A stretch of 64,000 bases of DNA from Macrostomum lignano (Eukaryota): assembly GCA_002269645.1 (NCBI GenBank), contig NIVC01000637.1:62001-126000 (forward strand). The letters are read 5' to 3'. Each line of letters begins with the position of its first letter. Positions within the stretch are counted from its first letter, which is position 1. Positions 1-11,758 of this stretch are shown piece by piece. A program made the position numbers and the translations under genes. The notes beneath the pieces are model-generated. The model was not told where the DNA came from, did not search any database, and saw only the letters and a program-made list of their open reading frames with translations.

Positions 1-144
1 CCACCTATGCAGGGACATAAGAGTCCACTTATGCAGGGACATGAGAGTCCACCTATGCAGGGACATGAGAGTCCACCTATGCAGGGACATGAGAGTCCAC
101 CTATGCAGGGACATGAGAGTCCACCTATGCAGGGACATGAGAGT
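1..144. repeat. 24-bp minisatellite x6
   Basis: CCACCTATGCAGGGACATGAGAGT. Confidence 0.95.
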
Positions 145-1098
145 CCATTCGCAGGCGGGGCAGAGCGGTCCAGACCCCGCAGCAGGATTAACGCCAGCTG
201 TTTAACCGCTAGAGGGCTGCGGCAGTCCTGCAGTTTTCGGAGGTGTTCCCCGGCCCTGAAGCCGCTGCTCAGGCCTTGTCGGGGCGGCTCCCCTTTCCTG
301 ACTCCCCAGCTGAGCTGAGCCCCACCTGGCCGGCATTGCCGCATTCATCTGCCGGCTCTGAGCTCCACTTTCTCCTGAGCAGCCTCAGCTTCTCAATTAA
401 TTCCCGCTCCCGCCAGCTTCCTGCCTGCCCGCCGCCAATCTTTCACCGTCAGCCGCGCACCTCCGGCCCGGGCGGCCCCGCAGTGCGTGAAGCGTCTTGG
501 CGGAGCGGAGTCCCAGCCGCATGGCTGAGCCGAAATCCCCTGGGAGTCTCTGTAGGGAAGCGGGGGGTTGGGATTTATATTTTTCGGCCGCTGGAACCGG
601 GAGCGGCTTGCTGATGAGGGGCCGCCTCTGCACAAAAATATCCTCCTTGTCTGCTCGAAACTCGCGGCGGCTGCCTGAGCTGCCTGACTAACGAACTCGG
701 GGGGGGGGGCGCTGAGAGGGAGCCGATGGAAGCCTAGCAAGCAAAAAGTCCTCAGGGAGCGAGCGCAGGAGGGAGGGGAAACTACGGGGAAAACTTCTAG
801 AGCAGGGCAGTCGGGAGCAGATATTGCTGGTCAGGGAGTAGCGAACCAGCAGGTGGCGGGCGCGGGGCTCCCAGGCCGCGAGGGCGGGGCAGACGGCCTG
901 ATCAGGGAGGCTTGCGGAGTCCCCTGGAGGAGAATCCGAGTCTCCCAGCGGCTTTTGCAGAGGAGAAACTCAGCCCGCAAGTCGCTGCCCTCTCACCGGC
1001 TCTCGCGAGTCTCCACATCTGCAGACTAAGTTCCGGACTAAATGACGTCAGGCACTTTGGGAAGCCCCACTCGCACAGACTCCGCCCGCCATCCGCAG

Positions 1099-4000
1099 GC
1101 CCGGCGCGAGCAGCAGTGGGCGGCAGTCGGCAGCCCGCGGGCGGCTACACGAACTACGGAGCGACTGACGCAGGGGAGCCGCCGGAGCCCGCTCGCAAAG
1201 AGGCGGCCGAGGAGCTGGCGGCCAAGTCTTTGTCACGAAAGTGTGAGCCGTTTTGATGAAGCTGAAATAGAGTGGCGATTGCTCAGCACCTGACTTGATT
1301 TGGCACCGACTGGATTGACCTCGACCCGAATTGACCTTGACCCGAATTGACCTCAACCCGAATTTACCTCGACCCCAATTGACCTCGACCCGAATTGACC
1401 TTGACCCGAATTGACCTCGACCCGAATTGACCTCGACCCAATTGACATCGACCCAATTGACCTCGACCCCAGTTGACATCGACCCGAATTGACCTCGACC
1501 AGAGTTGACCTCGACCCGAATTAACCTCGACCTGAATTGACCTCGACCCGAATTGAACTCGACCCGAATTAACCTCGACCCGAATTGACCTCGACCAGAG
1601 TTGACCTCGACCTGAATTGACCTCGACCTGAATTGACCTCGAGCCGAATTGACCTCGACCAGAGTTGACCTCGACCTGAATTGACCTCGACCTGAATTGA
1701 CCTCGAGCCGAATTGACCTCGACCAGAGTTGACCTCGACCTGAATTGACCTCGACCTAATTGACCTCGACCCCAGTTGACCTCGACCCGAATTGACCTCG
1801 ACCAGAGTTGACCTCGACCCGAATTGACCTCGACCTGAATTGAACTCGACCCGAATTGAACTCGACCCGAATTAACCTCGACCCGAATTGACCTCGACCA
1901 GAGTTGACCTCGACCTGAATTGACCTCGACCCGAATTGACCTCGATCCGAATCGACCTCGACCCCAATTGACCTCGACCCAATTGACCTCGACCCGAATT
2001 GACCCCGACCCCAGTTGACCTCGACCCGAATTGACCCCGACCCCAGTTGACCTCGACCCGAATTGACCTCGACCCGAATTGACCTCGACCTGAATAGACA
2101 GGAAACCCAACACCCACAGCGTCAGCCAAGTCCGTCAAGAAGGAGTCGATCTCGGAATACACGCAAACTCCCGACGAGGCGCAGCTGCAGCAGCAGGAGC
2201 AGAAGGAGCAGCAAGAGCTGCAACAACAGCAGCAGCAACTGCAGGAGTTGCAGCGGATGAAGCTGGAGTCGCATTTTCCTAACCGGCAGCTGGGCCAGGT
2301 TCACTTCGCCCTGCAGTACCTGATCGCGAACTCGGCACTGTACATCCGCATCATCAAAGGCACCGGCATGACGGCCCAGGACTCGAACGGGCTGTCCGAT
2401 CCGTACGTGAAGATCCACCTGCTGCCGGACACGGGCAAGGGCACCAAGCTGCGCACCCGCACCTGCCACCGGACGCTCAGCCCCATCTGGGACGAGGAGT
2501 TCTGCTACAGCGGCGTCCTGCCCGCAGACCTGGAGAAGAAGAACTTGAGGCAGGCGGACGGGGCCGGGGCGCTCCAGCGAGTTCATGCGAGCTCTGCTGG
2601 CTAATACTGCCCATGGATGATGGTCCAGTTCAGGGATTGCGAGTCTAGTTCAAGGATTGCTAATCTAGCTCAAGGATTGCTAATCTAGCTCAAGGATTGC
2701 TAATCTAGCTCAAGGATTGCTAATCTAGCTAGTTTAAGACTAGTTTAAGGATTGCTAATTTAGTTCAAGGATTGCTAATCTAGTTCATGGATTGCTAGTC
2801 TAGTTCAAGGATTGCTAGTCTAGTTCATGGATTGCGAGTATAGTTCATGGATTGCAAGACTAGTTCATGGATTGCTAGACTAGTTCATGGATTGCAAGAC
2901 TAGCCGTAACAAAGATCATGAGTCGCTATATTATTCACGGATTTGCAGTCAGAATTGCCTGAAAGTCCACACATCGCTAAAGCAGTCCATGGACCACTAA
3001 TCCAGTTATCTAATAGATTCTCTACCCCCCCCCAGTGCGCAGCCAGTGATCAAACAGATGATCAGTTCGCAGCACCAGGCTGGGTCATCCAGTGCATTTA
3101 TCGACTTTGAGCTCCGAGAATCTCTTTAACTTATCTTTATTTGGGATTCAAAAGTACGCGACGGGGATTCAGCCTCACAATCTTCATCACCAAGAAACTT
3201 CCTCTCACCTCCCTCGCGACAATTCCGCCGACCCGCAGGCTCACGGTGCTGGACGAGGACACCATCGGCTACGACTGGATGGGGGAGGTCGTGTTCCCCC
3301 TCAGGCAGCTGGCCCACGGCCGGAAGGAGTGCTACGCTGTTCACCTGCAGCCCAAGAATGAGGTAGCCCTGGGGGATGCGGCTGCACAGATGGCGCTGGC
3401 TGAGCTGGGACTCACTGCTCAGCTTCCGGTGCAGGCAGACCGGCAGCGCCCACTCTCATCTCACTCTCGTTGCTGCGGGGTTTCTTTGAGCAATCTTATC
3501 TCTCCTGTCTCACTCTAATCTCTCCTATCTCACTCTAATCTCTCCTGTTTCAATCTAATCTCTCCTGTCTCAATCTAATCTCTCCTGTCTCACTTTAATC
3601 TCTCATATCGCACTCTAATCTCTCCTGTCTTACTCTAATCTCTTCTGTTTCAATCTAATCTCTCCTGTCTCAATCTAATCTCTCCTGTCTTACTCTAATC
3701 TCTCCTGTTTCACTCTAATCTCTCCTGTCTTAATCTAATCTCTCCTGTCTCACTCTAATCTCTCCTATCTCACTCTAATCTCTTCTGTTTCAATCTACTC
3801 TCTCCTATCTCACTCTAATCTCTCCTGTCTCAATCTACTCTCTCCTGTCTCAATCTAATCTCTCCTGTTTCACTCTAATCTCTCCTGTTTCACTCTAATC
3901 TCTCCCATCTCACTCTAATCTCTCGTGTTTCACTCTAATCCTCCCATCTCACTCTAATCTCTCCTGTTTCACCCTAATCTCTCCTGTCTCACTGTTGTCT

Positions 4001-7000
4001 CGCTCTCACGCCCTGGTCTTTCTATTTTCTTTCCCTCCCGTGTCTCTTCTGTCACTCATCTCTCTTCCCATCCTTTCTCCCCCACTATTTCATTCGTTTC
4101 TTCCCCCCGCCTCATCTCAGCCGCCTGCACTCTCCGACCCAATCGATGAATTTGCCCCTCGAATCAGAGAGCGGCCCGGCATCCGGCGCAGCTCTCGCCT
4201 GGGGGAATCGGTCGCGGTCCTTGGCTGTGTTAGTAGGGAAACAGCCCCCCATATGTATCCGCTGCCTGACTGAGCTTGTGGGATTTCTTCTTGGCTGAAG
4301 AAGTCGGTGTGAGTTCTTAACTTTCTCCCCGGCCAAGTCCTCTTATTTTTAGCGGCTAAGAGTCCGGCCGCCTCCGCACCGATCCGGCCTTGCAGCCCGA
4401 GCCCCTGACTGGAAAATTGTGTAGAGTTGGAGCGAAAACTAGCAAAAATATGATGCAGGGATGCAGGGACACAGCAATGAAGTAATGCAGGAATGCAGGG
4501 ATGCAGGGATGCAGGGATGCAGGGACACAGCAATGAAGTAATGCAGGAATGCAGGGATGCAGGGATGCAGGGATGCAGGGATGCAGGGATGCAGGGATAC
4601 AGCAATGAAGTAATGCAGGAATGCAGGGATGCAGGGATGCAGGGATGCAGGGATGCAGGGATGCAGGGATGCAGGGATGCAGGGATACAGCAAGAAGTAA
4701 TGCAGGGATGCAGGGATGCAGGAATGCAGGGATGCAGGGATGCAGGGATGCAGGGATGCAGGGATGCAGGGATGCAGGGATGCAGGGATGCAGGGATGCA
4801 GGGATGCAGGGATGCAGGGATGCAGGGATGCAGGGATGCAGGGATGCAGGGATACAGCAAGAAGTAATGCAGGGATGCAGGGATGCAGGAATGCAGGGAT
4901 GCAGGGATGCAGGGATGCAGGGATGCAGGGATGCAGGGATGCAGGGATGCAGGGATGCAGGGATGCAGGGATGCAGGGATGCAGGGATACAGCAAGAAGT
5001 AATGCAGGGATGCAGGGATGCAGGAATGCAGGGATGCAGGGATGCAGGGATGCAGGGATGCAGGGATGCAGGGATGCAGGGATGCAGGGATGCAGGGATG
5101 CAGGGATGCAGGGATACAGCAAGAAGTAATGCAGGGATGCAGGGATGCAGGGATGCAGGGATGCAGGGAATTTTGACAAATTCAGAGTTTTCCTCGATAA
5201 AAATTGTGATTCGGACTGTTGAGATCCAATTTATCACTTTATAGTTATTAAATGGGTGGCGAAGGCGCTCCGCTCCAGACGACCATCTCTCTGGTGAAAG
5301 TGGGACAGAAAACAGAAGGGAGCAAATTGGGTTGCAGGGAGAAAAGCAATGAGATGCAAGCCCCCCCACGCCTGGCAGGAGCTGGAGAAGTCGCTCACCG
5401 CGCAGGCCTGCGACCGCGGCAAGATCCAGATCGGCCTGTTTTATGCACCGGCCAAGAGCGAGCTGACTGTGAAGGTCATCCAGTGCGTGGGCCTGCTGGC
5501 CATGGACCCCAACGGCTACAGCGACCCCTTCGTGAAGCTGTGAGTACCGCGCCGCCTCGTTAGGGACTCGGAGGGGGCAGGGGGCAGGGGAAGATGGCAG
5601 GGGAAGGGGGCAGGGGAAGATGGTAGGGGAAGGGGGCAGGGGAAGATAGCAGGGGCAGGGGGCAGGGCAAGATGGTAGGGGAAGGGGGCAGGGGAAGATG
5701 GCAGGGGAAGGGGCAGGGGCAGGGGAAGATGGCAGGGGGCAGGGGAAGATGGCAGGGGGGGCAGGGGAAGATGGCAGGGGAAGGGGGCAGGGGGCAGGGG
5801 AAGATGGCAGGGGAAGGGGGCAGGGGCAGGGGAAGATGGCAGGGAAAGGGGGCAGAGGGCAGGGGAAGATGCCAGGGGAAGGGGCAGGGGGCAGGGGCGA
5901 TGCCGCCCGCATGCCTCCAAGCTTTGACCGCGACACGGAGGCGGGTGAAGAGAGAGTGAGGAGACGGAGCCCAGCCTCTCCGCCTCATCCTCGAGAAAAG
6001 GGCAGCTGGAATTCGCGGCAGGAATGCAAAGCAGGCATCTTACCAGCTGTTTCAGTGAGCTGGGCGATTCGCGCTGATGGGCCGCGCCCCGATGCGCACA
6101 CAAGCCGCCATCTGAGGCCCACTAAAGTATTTCTTTAGCTTCTCTGCATACGCAGACTCCAGGGCCAGTTCACAAAGTGGGTGTCGTGAAGTTTTGAGCC
6201 AGACTTTTTGGGCTTGAGGAAGCGACCCTGCATCTGCATTGCAGCGCTGTCTGCTCCTTCTTAATTATTGCCGGGCATGTCAGGCAGCTGTTGACGCGCC
6301 TTCCTCTCTGTAACTAAAAGTTGAAGCCTTCAATTTTCAAAAGCGTAGCTAGAAAAGGCGATCTGCTTTTTCGCGTAAATCCAGCCTTTAAAAACTTTCT
6401 TAGAAACAAAGCTTGCTGCCCTACTTTGCACAGCCCGCCCGCGCCTCCGCAGGTTCCTCCGGCCCGACCGCAACCGGAACGGGAAATTCAAAACTGCCGT
6501 CAAGAAGAAAACCCTGAACCCGGAGTTCAATGAGGTACCCCGCCGTGATCTGATATTTGAGTCCGGGTGCTCATCAGTGATCACTAGCTGGCTCGTTCAC
6601 TCTCCCGCAGGATTTCCTGTTCAGCGTGTCGCCTCAGGAGCTGCCGTTGAAGACCCTGGAGATCACCGTGTGGGACAAAGACTTCGGCGCCAAGAATGAC
6701 TTTATCGGTGAGTCAGGGCAAAGGGTGTGTGCACCTGGGGCTGTGTACACCTGGGGCAGAGTATGTCAGTGTGCAGGGGGGGGCTGTGTACACCTGGGGC
6801 AGAGTATGTCAGTGTGCAGGGGGGCTGTGTACACCTGGGGCAGAGTATGTCAGTGTGCAGGGGGGCTGTGTACACCTGGGGCAGAGTGTGTCAGTGTGCA
6901 GGGGGCTGTGTACACCAGAAATCGAACGCGAATTCCCCGCACCTTCGCAATCCCAGGCGCCCTGCGGCTCGGCAACAAGTGCAGCGGGGAGCGGTGGACG

Positions 7001-7084
7001 CACTGGGAGGCGGCCATCAAGATGCCCTACCAGACACACACAGTGTGGCACCCGCTGGGGGTGGAGCTGCACCATCATCACTGA
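1099..7084 (+). CDS. RPH3A: Rabphilin-3A/Doc2-family tandem C2 protein, 3' part (5' exons not identified)
   Basis: Exons: 1099-1242 (tentative), 2098-2549, 3239-3362, 5379-5539, 6453-6534, 6611-6707, 6957-7084 (TGA); splice phases are compatible. C2A: LGQVHFALQY..QDSNGLSDPYVKIHLLP..LRLTVLDEDTIGYDWMGE. C2B: DRGKIQIGLFY..AMDPNGYSDPFVKLFLRP..KKTLNPEFNE..TVWDKDFGAKNDFIG..ERWTHWE..WHPL. A Q/E-rich stretch precedes C2A. The model needs a GC donor at 2550. Symbol is family-level. Confidence 0.85.
1315..2094. repeat. 16-bp minisatellite with shorter variants
   Basis: GACCCGAATTGACCTC; fills the intron up to the AG at 2096-2097. Confidence 0.95.
2632..2903. repeat. 20-bp minisatellite
   Basis: CTAGTTCA(A/T)GGATTGCTAAT. 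Confidence 0.9.
3496..3990. repeat. 20-bp pyrimidine-rich minisatellite
   Basis: CTCTAATCTCTCCTGTCTCA. Confidence 0.92.
4452..5168. repeat. 8-bp repeat with periodic spacer
   Basis: (GATGCAGG)n interrupted by ATACAGCAAGAAGTAATG. Confidence 0.95.
5575..5897. repeat. G-run repeat (G-quadruplex-forming potential)
   Basis: GGCAGGGGAAGAT / GGGGGCAGGGG units. Confidence 0.9.
6725..6915. repeat. 41-43-bp minisatellite
   Basis: GTGTACACCTGGGGCAGAGTATGTCAGTGTGCAGGGGGGCT. Confidence 0.9.
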
Positions 7085-7489
7085 TGGCGGAGGTAAAAAC
7101 CTACCACAGGCAAGACGGAGAATCAACCTGGGCTGCACGTTCACTTCCGGCCCCATAAATATTTTCAACATCGAATGAACCACAGCTGACACTCCAGTTT
7201 TAGGCGCTGATGAGAGCAGAGCTATGAAAACTCGCCCAGTCACTGCGTTAATCCGTACTGTACCCTGCATTCGCATGCCTGCGCAATGTTGCTTTTCTGT
7301 ATAATTACCCAAGTCGCGATGCAGCGGCAATTAAAAATTAAACGTTTTGAAAAATCGATATTTTTACGTACAATAATAGCGACTGTTCAAATATATAAAA
7401 TATGAACTACTGATGTCCCCGCGTTACTTTGACAATTTTTTCACTGCAAATCAGCCAAGCAAAAAACGAATTCCTGTATCCTATGGTGA

Positions 7490-7790
7490 AATGCGCCCAG
7501 CCAACCAGGGCCCTGACTGCTGCAGTCTATGGTGAAATACGCCCAGCCAATCAGAGCCCTTCTTGATGCAGTCTATGAAAATACGCCCAGCCAATCAGAG
7601 CTCTTCCTTCTGCAGTCTATGAAAATACGCCCAGCCAATCAGAGCCCTTCCTGTTGCAGTCTATGGAAATACACCCAGCCAATCAGAGCTCTTCCTTCTG
7701 CAGTCTATGAAAATACGTCCAGCCAATCAGAGCTCTTCCTTCTGCAGTCTATGGAAATAAATACGCCCAGCCAATCAGAGCCCTTCCTGC
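7490..7790. repeat. 44-bp minisatellite x7, each unit with a CCAAT box
   Basis: ATACGCCCAGCCAATCAGAGCYCTTCCT..TGCAGTCTATGAAA. Confidence 0.92.
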
Positions 7791-8394
7791 TGCCGTTTGC
7801 AGCAAACATGCCAAAAGTAAATAAGAAATTCCTGTGCCCCTAACAAAAGCATTTTGAAAAAGTCTGTCCCCACGAGGGCTCCCTTCAAAGCCATTATAGT
7901 GATATTTAAATCCGAGCCAAAGGGCCGCACAGAGAGCCAGTTGGCTGCCTCTGATCCGCTGCTCGCTGCATTTCCCTCTGCTCAGTCAGGAAGAGGCAGA
8001 GGAGGCTTTGCCTTTGCAAATCCGAGGCCGCTCTTCTTTCATCTTTGTGCCTCTGGCCAGCCCTGCACCCGGTGGGCCGGCAGGACGGCTAGTTATTGAA
8101 AGCAGAAATCTGGGCGAAGGAAGCAGAAGACAGGAGTATACAGTACCGATAGAAGAGAACAGAGCAGGCCTTGGGAGCGGCACTGAGAGATGCACGGATC
8201 TGTGAAGGCTGCGTGCGTCGAACCCCGCCAGCTTCTGGGTAGCGGGTAGAGCGTTTTTGTCGATTAACAATTCATGTCTTGCTGGCCCCTGCGATGCATG
8301 CTGCTAGAAGTCTTCTCGATTCTATGATCTACCAGTAGAAGTCTGATTCTATGATCTAGAAGTCTGATCTATGATCTAGAAGTCTGATTCTATG

Positions 8395-8590
8395 AGCAGA
8401 CGAATGCGTACGCAGACAGGCGCTCACATGGGGTGTACAGCCTGTCGGGCAAATACACTCTGCGCCTTGGGGTTTCGTCCTCATGGACGAGAGAATCACG
8501 AGTCCCAGATTGATGTGACGGTACACGGAATCGAACCCGGGGTACTCTGGAGCGAGAGTCAGGCTCGCTAACCACTGAGCTGCTCTGTCT
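8395..8590 (-). mobile_element. tRNA-derived SINE copy
   Basis: The minus strand has an A-box (AGCTCAGTGGTTAG), a B-box (GGGTTCGATTCC) and an imperfect cloverleaf, followed by a body shared with three other copies in the window. Confidence 0.65.
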
Positions 8591-10145
8591 CTGCCAATGC
8601 GACTTCTTTGATATTTTGTCCATGTCACTCAGCCTACGTCACTGCCTATGTCACTCTGTCCATGTCCCTTAGCCTATGTCACTCTGCTCATTTAATTTCG
8701 TCCTTAAATGCTGTCCACTTACCCCATCAGTATTCAAGTCCGCCACTACACCCACCCAATGTCAGTCGAATTGCATATAAATTTCAATCGGCTGTTCAAT
8801 CGCCGAGCTCCCCGGGGTCCAATCTGAAGTCCTGAAAGCGCAAGCGGCAGATTCTGCGGTCCGCGGAGTCCGATGAGACGCGGCCGGTCGAGCGATGGAG
8901 CCGGCGGGAATCTGATTAGCCATGAGAGCAAAGCGATTGCTGGGAATTCGATTTGCTGCGATGCGGGAGACATGGGGGAACGACAGGACGGGGCCGGGAA
9001 TTCCGGTCAGCTAAAAAAACGCCCTCTTAATGCTTCACCCTCTGCGTAGACGGCCGCGGGATGGTGGACGGTGGCACTGAGGGAGGGGAAGGCACTTCAA
9101 AGAGCAGCCGCCTCGCGACTGCGGCCGAGACTGTCGGCCGCCGCCAGCGCTGGCCGGGCCGGGGCGAAATGCAAAATGAGCGGCGCGGTGCGGAAAGGCG
9201 AGCCGGGCGCGGGCGGAGTCTTGGCGAGAAGCTGCGTGCATGGGCTGGAGGGAGTTGCGGATTTGCTGCCAGCTCTGCACTGCCAAACGTGGGGAGCTCA
9301 GTCTGCGGCATCCTCTGCATCTCGACATCGCTCCTCTCCCTCTCCATCCTTCTCTCTCCTTCACTCTCTCCGTCTCCTCGCCTCTGAACTACAGCAGCCT
9401 CCATTTTATGTTCTGCATTGGCAGTGCAGTGAGTCACGAAGGAGAACATATTAAGCTTAACTTGATAAGTCACTCAACCCATTGCCCAGAATGCCCCAGA
9501 CAGAAGCAGGAATGGCAGCCTGCAGATCCGGTCAGCCTCATGCAGCGCCCCTCTGCTGCAGTCCAGACTCCCGCGGGAAGCCGTGCCCGTGCGATGCTCC
9601 CCCCCCCCAAGCGAACAGCATATATCGGGAGAGAGGCGAGGAATGATGGGGCTGCAATCGCTAATAAGACGGAGTGGGGAGCAGCTCTCTCTCTCCCGCA
9701 CAACTCTCAAGGCCAGAAGCACTTCTGCTGAGACAGTTGCCTCTCAATTTCTGCAGCCTCACATCTCCATCATTCCTTGGCCCACAAAGCATGCAGGAAA
9801 GGTCATGAGATGCATTGATCGCTAGGCGTTGGATGCTAGCAGTGCGCAGTTGCCAGGCGCTGGCCGTCTGGGTTTGAGATCGAATGAGCAGGCAGGCGCT
9901 GAACTGCGAGTGAGAGCTGAGAGCTGGCCAGGAAAGGAGCAATGAGTGCCCGTTGGCCAGGGCTTGATGGACAGGCAATAATACTTGACTCAGCTGCAGG
10001 CCGTGCTTTGAATTAGGAGAATAAACTATGCTGCACGCACACGTTCTATGCACTTTTATTGCTAGTCACCTACTATAAGTAGCTAGAAAGCGCAGTATCG
10101 GACCTACATGCACATTTATTCAGGGCTTTTGATGTGTCTGTAGAC

Positions 10146-10487
10146 ATTGCCGGGTGTATTGATACTGAGCTACTATTAGTAGCTGCAGTGCAAATTGCCG
10201 GGTGTATTGATACTGAGCTACTATTAGTAGCTGCAGTGCAAATTGCCGGGTGTATTGATACAGAGCTACTATTAGTAGCTGCAGTGCAAATTGCCGGGTC
10301 TATTGATATAGAGCTACTATTAGTAGCTGCAGTGCAAATTGCCGGGTGTATTGATACTGAGCTACTATTAGTAGCTGCAGTGCAAATTGCCGGGTGTATT
10401 GATACTGAGCTACTATTAGTAGCTGCAGTGCAAATTGTCGGGTGTATTGATACTGAGCTACTATTAGTAGCTGCAGTGCACATTGCT
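10146..10487. repeat. 48-bp minisatellite x7
   Basis: ATTGCCGGGTGTATTGATACTGAGCTACTATTAGTAGCTGCAGTGCAA. Confidence 0.95.
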
Positions 10488-11235
10488 GGATACTACGTAA
10501 TACTAAAGAATTAGTAATACTAATTAGAATTAGTAATACTAATACTAAAGAAAGCAAAAAAACAATTCTCTGAGATTGAATAAAGAGCAAAACTTGGCTA
10601 ACAGTTAGAATATAAATATAAATTGCTGGGTTAGTCTTCGTTTGTAATATGAATAATTAATTAGGAAAAATGATGAAGATAATATTTTCACACTCGCAAT
10701 TCAGCGAACTTTAAACGATCGCAGAAAATGATTAAATAGAATAAAAATGGCGGTCAGAAAAAGGTAATTGAGTGCAGATGAGATGTGCATAAATATAGCA
10801 CAGATCGACAGCATCAGTGAATGGCGGCAATATTCATAACAACAAACATTTCTATAGAAACTTGAAGACGAAAACTTCCAACTGTTGGCTGCGTTCGAAA
10901 ATCGAAAATAAAGTTTGCAGGGAAGCAATAAAATTTCGGTTGCTCAGCAGTTGGAGGGGGGTTGGCACAGCCAAGAGTTGCATGAGTAACCGGCCGCACT
11001 TTGAACAACCTTGAAAGCAGAGAAGGCGGACCGAGGCGCGGATGCGGTAAAAAGGGCCAGTTAGTGTAAATAATCAGTATAACAAAACTATAAATATTTT
11101 TTTCTATGAAATTTGTTCGCATAGCAACTGTTGCTGACGGCGGGCCTTTCAAATCTTGAGTCGGTGATTTTTGTTCGAATGGGTCAGTTCGGCAATTGTG
11201 AAACAAAACAGCTGGTGACTCGCGGGCCACTGACA

Positions 11236-11700
11236 GGGTTGGGATTCCTGATATCGGGATGGGATCTCAGGGTTGAGATTTACTGATATCGGGTTGGGAT
11301 CTAAAGCTTGGGATTCTCCTGATATCTAGATAGGATGTCAGGGTTAGGGTTTCTGATATCGGGATGGAATCTCAGGGTTAGGGTTTCTGATATCGGGATG
11401 GGATGTCAGGGTTAGGGTTTCTGGGTTAGGGTTTCTGGGATCTCAAGGTTGGGATCCCTGATACCGGGATGGGATCTCAAGGTTGAGACTCCTGATATTG
11501 GGATGGGATCACAGGGTTGAGATTCCTGATATCGGGATTGGATCTCAGGGTTAAGGTTTCTGGGTTAGGGTTAGGGCTTCTAGGGTTTCTGGGATCTCAA
11601 GGTTGGGATTCCTGATATCGGGATGGGATCTCAAGGTTGAGATTCCTGATATCGGGATGGGATCTCAGGGTTGGGATTCCTGATATCCTGATGGGATCTT
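11236..11700. repeat. About 34-bp minisatellite with TTAGGG inserts
   Basis: GGGATCTCAGGGTTGAGATTCCTGATATCGGGAT with GGGTTAGGGTT variants. Confidence 0.85.
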
Positions 11701-11758
11701 TAATGAAGGGATTTTATGTCGATTTTGCAGTGACAGCCAGCCAGCTTCCTCTAGGTGC

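Noticed and set aside
155-1098. GC-rich segment that might hold further rabphilin exons
   Set aside because: No consistent frame or splice pair, and no FYVE/Rab-binding motif seen.
4121-4273. Possible extra rabphilin exon after CTCAG (PPALSDPIDEF..)
   Set aside because: Exons 3362 and 5379 join in frame without it, and there is no convincing donor before the stop.
4117-5936. Long ORFs such as (PCIPASLH)n and (MQGCRDAG)n, and similar ORFs over other arrays (12262-12970, 14650-15230, 35510-36317, 39778-40936, 50896-51688, 58943-60466)
   Set aside because: Read-throughs of intronic tandem repeats, open in several frames and lying inside introns of better-supported genes.
8465-8500. Hammerhead-like GTCC-ATGA-GGAC-GAAAC hairpin after the SINE tRNA head (layout recalls schistosome Sm-alpha repeats)
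   Set aside because: The required CUGANGA core is absent in this copy; worth rechecking only on a family consensus.
8517-8590. Functional tRNA gene
   Set aside because: Acceptor, anticodon and T stems have several mismatches, and it runs into a SINE body.
9027-9473. GC-rich ORFs at 9.0-9.7 kb
   Set aside because: No recognisable domain or exon boundaries; overlapping ORFs on both strands are expected at this GC content.
10146-10487. CRISPR-like palindromic repeat array
   Set aside because: Units are directly tandem with no unique spacers, there are no cas genes, and the context is eukaryotic.
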